Below, piece by piece: positions 27,558-31,692 of a stretch of DNA of 31,692 bases. The translations under genes were made by a program, and so were the position numbers. A model generated the notes under the pieces. That model was not told the origin of the DNA, searched no databases, and saw only the letters and a program-made list of their open reading frames with translations. Positions within the stretch are counted from its first letter, which is position 1. Every line of letters begins with the position of its first letter. The stretch is from NCBI RefSeq assembly GCF_000175255.2, contig NC_017181.1, positions 1-31,692 of the forward strand, read 5' to 3'. This DNA comes from Zymomonas mobilis subsp. mobilis ATCC 10988. GTDB lineage: Bacteria; Pseudomonadota; Alphaproteobacteria; Sphingomonadales; Sphingomonadaceae.

Positions 27558-29332
27558 GAGAGGCCTCCGGAATCTTTCTTGCCTTTATCGAGATGCCAAT
27601 GGCTGCTTTCTTGATAATGCTGCCATATTTCGGCATATTTCCCTTGTTTTTGTAGTAATTCGGCATGTCGTCCGCCTTCGACGATATGGCCTTTTTCCAT
27701 CACCAAAATCTGATCCGCATCCATGATTGTCGCCAGTCGATGGGCAATCACGATGACGGTCTTGTGCTGGGACAGCGTTTTTAAGGCCATTTGGATTTTG
27801 GCTTCACTTTCGGGGTCAACCCATGCGGTCGGTTCATCCAGAATGACAATCGAGGCTTTGGAAAGTAAGGCTCTTGCAATTGTAATCCGTTGTCTTTGGC
27901 CACCAGACAGACGGTTGCCACCATCGCCGACTTGGGTTTGGTAGCCTTCTTCCAGCTTGAGAATGAAGTCTTCGGCCTGTGCCATCTGAGCGGCTTTCTT
28001 GATCTGCTCATCACTGGCTTTGGGGTAGGCTAGCGCGATATTCTCGGCGACACTCCCTGAAACGAGAAAAGGTTCCTGAAAAACAAACGCAATATGCTGT
28101 AATAAAAGCTGACTGTTGATATCGCGGATATCAATATTACCAAGCCGGATTGATCCGCTGGTCACGTCCCAAAAACGGGGAATAAGGCGCGCAACTGTCG
28201 ATTTTCCTGAACCTGAAGCCCCCACCAAGGCGCAGACTGTTTTTTCGGGAACAACAAAACTGATATCATCCAAGGCGGGTTTTCGCGCGTCATTGTTATA
28301 GCTAAAGCGCACATGGTCGAATGTAATATCAAATTGGTGCGGAATCTGGGAATGCGCCGGTTCAGGCAAGGGCTTCATATCCAGTAATTCACAGATACGA
28401 CTGGCCGCAGCCTTTGCCTCGGAAAGCATTTGCGACAGATACATCAACGGCATCACAGCTTGCACCGGCAAGCTACCGATCATCATCGCGAGCAAGAAAT
28501 CACTGAAGCTGATCCAGTGGCATTGCAGCATAAAAATACCGCAGGCACTTATCAGCAGAAGTGTCGGTAACGGAGTAATGAAAATATTATTAAGTTTGCT
28601 GGATTGGCGTGAGAAAGCCAGCCAGACGGAAACCGTTCGAGTGAAGGTGTCTATAATGCCTTTAAAACGTTTTAAGGCTAGACGGTCGCCATCGAAAGTC
28701 CGGATGACCGGCATACCCTGCACAAATTCGATAACTGCAGTATTTACCGCTTCGCTGGCGTTATTGTAGCGTTTTTGTTGCTCGGCAAAATCACGGGTCA
28801 TAAAATACATACATAAGCCGATAACAGGCAGCATCAGGCTGACGACAAGGAACATTTTCCATTGTATAATCAGCAAAACAAGGAGCGCAGCCAAAGGTTG
28901 GCTAAAACCGACCCCGACGAAAGGTGAGGCATCTGCAACAGCAGCATGTAAGCCCTTTACGTCGTTATGCATGATTTTTTTGATACGTCCTGCGCCAAGC
29001 TGATAAATGTCTCCAAGAGGCAGGCTTGCCAATCTATCTGCAATATTTTCGCGTATTTTGACTTCTAGCCGATAGCTGGCTTCATGGGTGGTCAGATCAG
29101 CCATGCTTCGCAGACCAAATCCACCACTTAAGCCGGCTAATCCGCCAGCAAGATATATCCAAAAATTTTTCGTTATTGGTTCGAAAAGCTGCGAGACCGC
29201 ATAGGCACTAAGGCTTAGACCGATAACCGTTGAAAATCCCGCCAGAATACCGAGAATCATTCCTAAACGGATTTTTGATTTTACTATGGGTAACAAAGCG
29301 ACCAATCTGGTAACGACCTCAAACCCTCTCAT
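27554..29332 (-). CDS. ABC transporter, fused transmembrane-ATPase (YbtP/YbtQ-like siderophore transport)
   Basis: 592 aa; 'ALVGASGSGKSTVARLIPRFWD', 'GGNRLSGGQRQRITIARALLSKASIVILDEPTAWVDPES'; 4-nt overlap with the next ABC gene. Confidence 0.88.
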   Translation of the reverse strand: MRGFEVVTRLVALLPIVKSKIRLGMILGILAGFSTVIGLSLSAYAVSQLFEPITKNFWIYLAGGLAGLSGGFGLRSMADLTTHEASYRLEVKIRENIADRLASLPLGDIYQLGAGRIKKIMHNDVKGLHAAVADASPFVGVGFSQPLAALLVLLIIQWKMFLVVSLMLPVIGLCMYFMTRDFAEQQKRYNNASEAVNTAVIEFVQGMPVIRTFDGDRLALKRFKGIIDTFTRTVSVWLAFSRQSSKLNNIFITPLPTLLLISACGIFMLQCHWISFSDFLLAMMIGSLPVQAVMPLMYLSQMLSEAKAAASRICELLDMKPLPEPAHSQIPHQFDITFDHVRFSYNNDARKPALDDISFVVPEKTVCALVGASGSGKSTVARLIPRFWDVTSGSIRLGNIDIRDINSQLLLQHIAFVFQEPFLVSGSVAENIALAYPKASDEQIKKAAQMAQAEDFILKLEEGYQTQVGDGGNRLSGGQRQRITIARALLSKASIVILDEPTAWVDPESEAKIQMALKTLSQHKTVIVIAHRLATIMDADQILVMEKGHIVEGGRHAELLQKQGKYAEIWQHYQESSHWHLDKGKKDSGGLS

Positions 29333-29421
29333 ACGACCCTCGCAAATGTACCGGATGGATAAGCCGGTTATCCATTCTGATTTATTGATTTTATGTTTTT
29401 TGAGTTTTTATTCTTGAAAGA

Positions 29422-31554
29422 TTAGAAACTGACACCAGCGCGCAAACCGATTTGACGCGGATTGGCTGCAACTACTCTTCCTGAAGGAACGCCACGCGTG
29501 TAATAACCGGAATCGGTCAAGTTATGACCGTAAATCGCGATACTCCAATGCTTCCAGCGTTTTTCTATCTGGGCATCCATAAGAAGATAGGGATCGTTTT
29601 CAACGTTGCTGCTGGGGTGAAGTGTTGATCTCCCCCGCCGTATAATGCTGGCATTAACGGTTAAATCTTTGATCACTGTCCATGCACCCGAAAAGCCGAA
29701 ATTGCTTATCGGAGTGGAATCCATCAATTCACCGCTATAGTCTTTTCCGCCATAGATAAAACGGTCATAAGCCGCATAGGTTAACCCAACAAAGCCATTC
29801 AGTTGGAAGTTATAGATAGGTCTCCAATGGACGGTTGCTTCCATCCCGCGAGAATGCGCCTTTTTTGCCGTAGCAACAACGGTTTCACCTAATTTGCTGG
29901 TTGCTGCGACTTGAAGATTAGAAAGAAAATTAGAAAAGCCGACAACTTCGATCGACCAAATATTTTTTTTGTCGCCAACCCTGTAACCCAATTCGATATT
30001 ATTTCCGTAACTGGAAGAATATGGCACCGAAGCTGTTTCGGCATAGTTGCTGAACGGATTATAGCCTGGAGCCAAGAAACTACGGGTATAGCTTAACCAC
30101 ATAAATTGTCGCAGCGATGAAAAATTCTTGGGACTATATTCTAGCTTGACTCCCGGAAGTGGTACTGTTTTCGATATCGTCTGATCAGGGAGTGATTGAT
30201 ACATGCTGAAAGCGGTGGGTACATCGCCGCTAATTGAACTCGTCCAATTTTTTAAAGAAGATTCAACATGTTCCACCCGAATAGAAGGCACTAATTTCCA
30301 GTTTTGAGCAAAATGCCATCCCAATTCTCCCATAAATGCAATTTCGGTTGTTCCCAAATCAGCGGTAGTATGGCTGATATAATAGGGAGACATATCAAAA
30401 TCATAAGGAGAAGATCGGAGGGCTCTTTGCCCATAAACACCGCCTTTCCAGTCCAGCTTCCCAAATGTCCCCGAAAGCATGAGAGATCCACCGATCTGCT
30501 GGGTCGGTGCCGAATTGCCTGAAACGGCATTAAAAACAGAGCGCGGATTCCAATATTTCCATTTCGTACCAACCCCGCCAAACATCGCATCGATATTCAG
30601 ATGCTCACTAAAACTCCGGTGATATTGGAGTGAACCTAATAGATACTCGGTATCGTTTTTACCTTGGTCGGTGCTGTAAGAAATATGTTTTTTCGCATTT
30701 TCTGGTATTTCAAAATAGTCGTTGCCGCCATGATTGATCATGTGATGCAGACTGATACGCCATTCTCCGCCTGAACTGTCTGTATGCAGAATTTTTAAGC
30801 GTCCCCACCAGCTATGCCAGCCGCCGGTATTATGTTTATCGAGTGCCTTGTTATGAATATAGCCGTCAGCAGTTTCACCCCCTAAGGCAAGGCGAATGCT
30901 GGTCGAGTCATTGACAGGAATATCAGCTGTAAAGGAGCCTCTTTTCCGGTTTCCTGTCCCATATTCAAAACTGGCACTTGCAGAAAGTTTATCCCCTGGA
31001 TCGTGTGAATGCGCGCTTATGAGACCCGCAAAAGCATTGATTCCTTCGGTAAGTTGTGCGCCACGCATCACATCTACATCAGAAAGATCAAATATTTGCC
31101 CTAAGGCAAAGCTCGGAACAGAAACGCCATCGATCAAAATCGGTGTATAGGAAGAAGAGCCATGATCTTCTGAACTCCCCATACCTCTGACAGTAACAAC
31201 AGGGTTACTGGGGGTCATGCTGGTAAAGGATAGGTTCGGAACACGCTCGGCAATATCGCTTACCGTCTGCATCCGGTAGGCTTGCATATCTTCAGCTGAA
31301 ATATGCGTCGAGCTTGAGGCCTGTGTTGAGATAGGTCTTTTTGCCGTAACAGTTATGTCTTTTGGTCTTAATAGAGCTTTATTCTCGGTTGTTGGCTTTT
31401 CTTTATAAGCTGAAGTCGTCTCTGCCTGTATCGAAGAAGCCGCTTCCACAGGATCGGTTATTATAAGGCTAGTCAAGGCAACACATGATAAGACGCAAAG
31501 GTGGTGTGTCTTATTAAAAGGACATTTATGAACGAGTGAAGCTTTGTTTCTCAT
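29422..31554 (-). CDS. TonB-dependent receptor (FyuA-like ferric siderophore receptor)
   Basis: 710 aa; 'ITVTAKRPISTQASSSTHISAEDMQAYRMQTVSDIAERVPNLSFTSMTPSNPVVTVRGMGSS...YTPILIDGVSV', C-terminal 'SIAIYGHNLTDSGYYTRGVPSGRVVAANPRQIGLRAGVSF'. Confidence 0.9.
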   Translation of the reverse strand: MRNKASLVHKCPFNKTHHLCVLSCVALTSLIITDPVEAASSIQAETTSAYKEKPTTENKALLRPKDITVTAKRPISTQASSSTHISAEDMQAYRMQTVSDIAERVPNLSFTSMTPSNPVVTVRGMGSSEDHGSSSYTPILIDGVSVPSFALGQIFDLSDVDVMRGAQLTEGINAFAGLISAHSHDPGDKLSASASFEYGTGNRKRGSFTADIPVNDSTSIRLALGGETADGYIHNKALDKHNTGGWHSWWGRLKILHTDSSGGEWRISLHHMINHGGNDYFEIPENAKKHISYSTDQGKNDTEYLLGSLQYHRSFSEHLNIDAMFGGVGTKWKYWNPRSVFNAVSGNSAPTQQIGGSLMLSGTFGKLDWKGGVYGQRALRSSPYDFDMSPYYISHTTADLGTTEIAFMGELGWHFAQNWKLVPSIRVEHVESSLKNWTSSISGDVPTAFSMYQSLPDQTISKTVPLPGVKLEYSPKNFSSLRQFMWLSYTRSFLAPGYNPFSNYAETASVPYSSSYGNNIELGYRVGDKKNIWSIEVVGFSNFLSNLQVAATSKLGETVVATAKKAHSRGMEATVHWRPIYNFQLNGFVGLTYAAYDRFIYGGKDYSGELMDSTPISNFGFSGAWTVIKDLTVNASIIRRGRSTLHPSSNVENDPYLLMDAQIEKRWKHWSIAIYGHNLTDSGYYTRGVPSGRVVAANPRQIGLRAGVSF

Positions 31555-31563
31555 TCATTTATT

Positions 31564-31582
31564 GATAGTGATTGTTATTATC
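31564..31582. promoter_or_regulatory. Putative Fur box upstream of the FyuA-like receptor
   Basis: GATAGTGATTGTTATTATC matches 15 of 19 positions of the classical Fur consensus GATAATGATAATCATTATC; ends 10 nt upstream of the start codon. Confidence 0.6.
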
Positions 31583-31692
31583 TTTGCTACCCGTATAAGA
31601 CCAATACCCTTATTGGGCAGATAAGATTACTTTTAAGATATTAGAGGATCTTTGTTTAAAATAATGATATAATTTAGATATTTATCAGATAA

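Noticed and set aside
29355-29375. Hairpin ATGGATAA-gccgg-TTATCCAT between the FyuA-like gene and the ABC pair as a terminator
   Set aside because: No T tract on the transcribed strand and the genes appear co-transcribed; might be an operator or processing site but evidence is weak.
1-31692. CRISPR arrays, tRNA and rRNA genes
   Set aside because: No regularly spaced identical repeats and no recognisable tRNA/rRNA signatures on either strand.

Overview
The window reads as a small alphaproteobacterial plasmid, possibly Zymomonas-like or another sphingomonad (inference from gene content only). It may be a complete or nearly complete circular replicon. Backbone: a ParA-type ATPase with a small, probably ribbon-helix-helix partner (1.1-2.0 kb); a YafQ/DinJ-type toxin-antitoxin pair plus a frameshifted second antitoxin relic (5.5-6.4 kb); three tandem paralogous HTH-like genes facing a small-ORF/GapR-like/Rep module (6.5-11.1 kb). 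Cargo: an SDR oxidoreductase; two TonB-dependent receptors; a YbtP/YbtQ-like pair of fused ABC proteins with an AraC regulator; an ABC ATPase coupled to a permease-peptidase fusion; and a secreted-type lipase. The 11.6-17.9 kb segment carries two large same-strand genes that stand out as a candidate defence locus. One is a TIR + STAND-like NTPase + TPR-like protein with a degenerate Walker A. The other is an HD-domain + GHKL (Hsp90-like) ATPase. They are separated by about 1 kb of non-coding or degenerate DNA. Next to them are relics of a second ParA/partner locus and a frameshifted, truncated IS5-type transposase. The most notable non-coding signal is a dispersed repeat family (core ATTACCGGAT plus satellite ATCTGG) in four clusters around parA, the SDR gene and the first TonB receptor, including a 32-bp perfect palindrome. 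All homology calls are from motif recognition; no database search was run.
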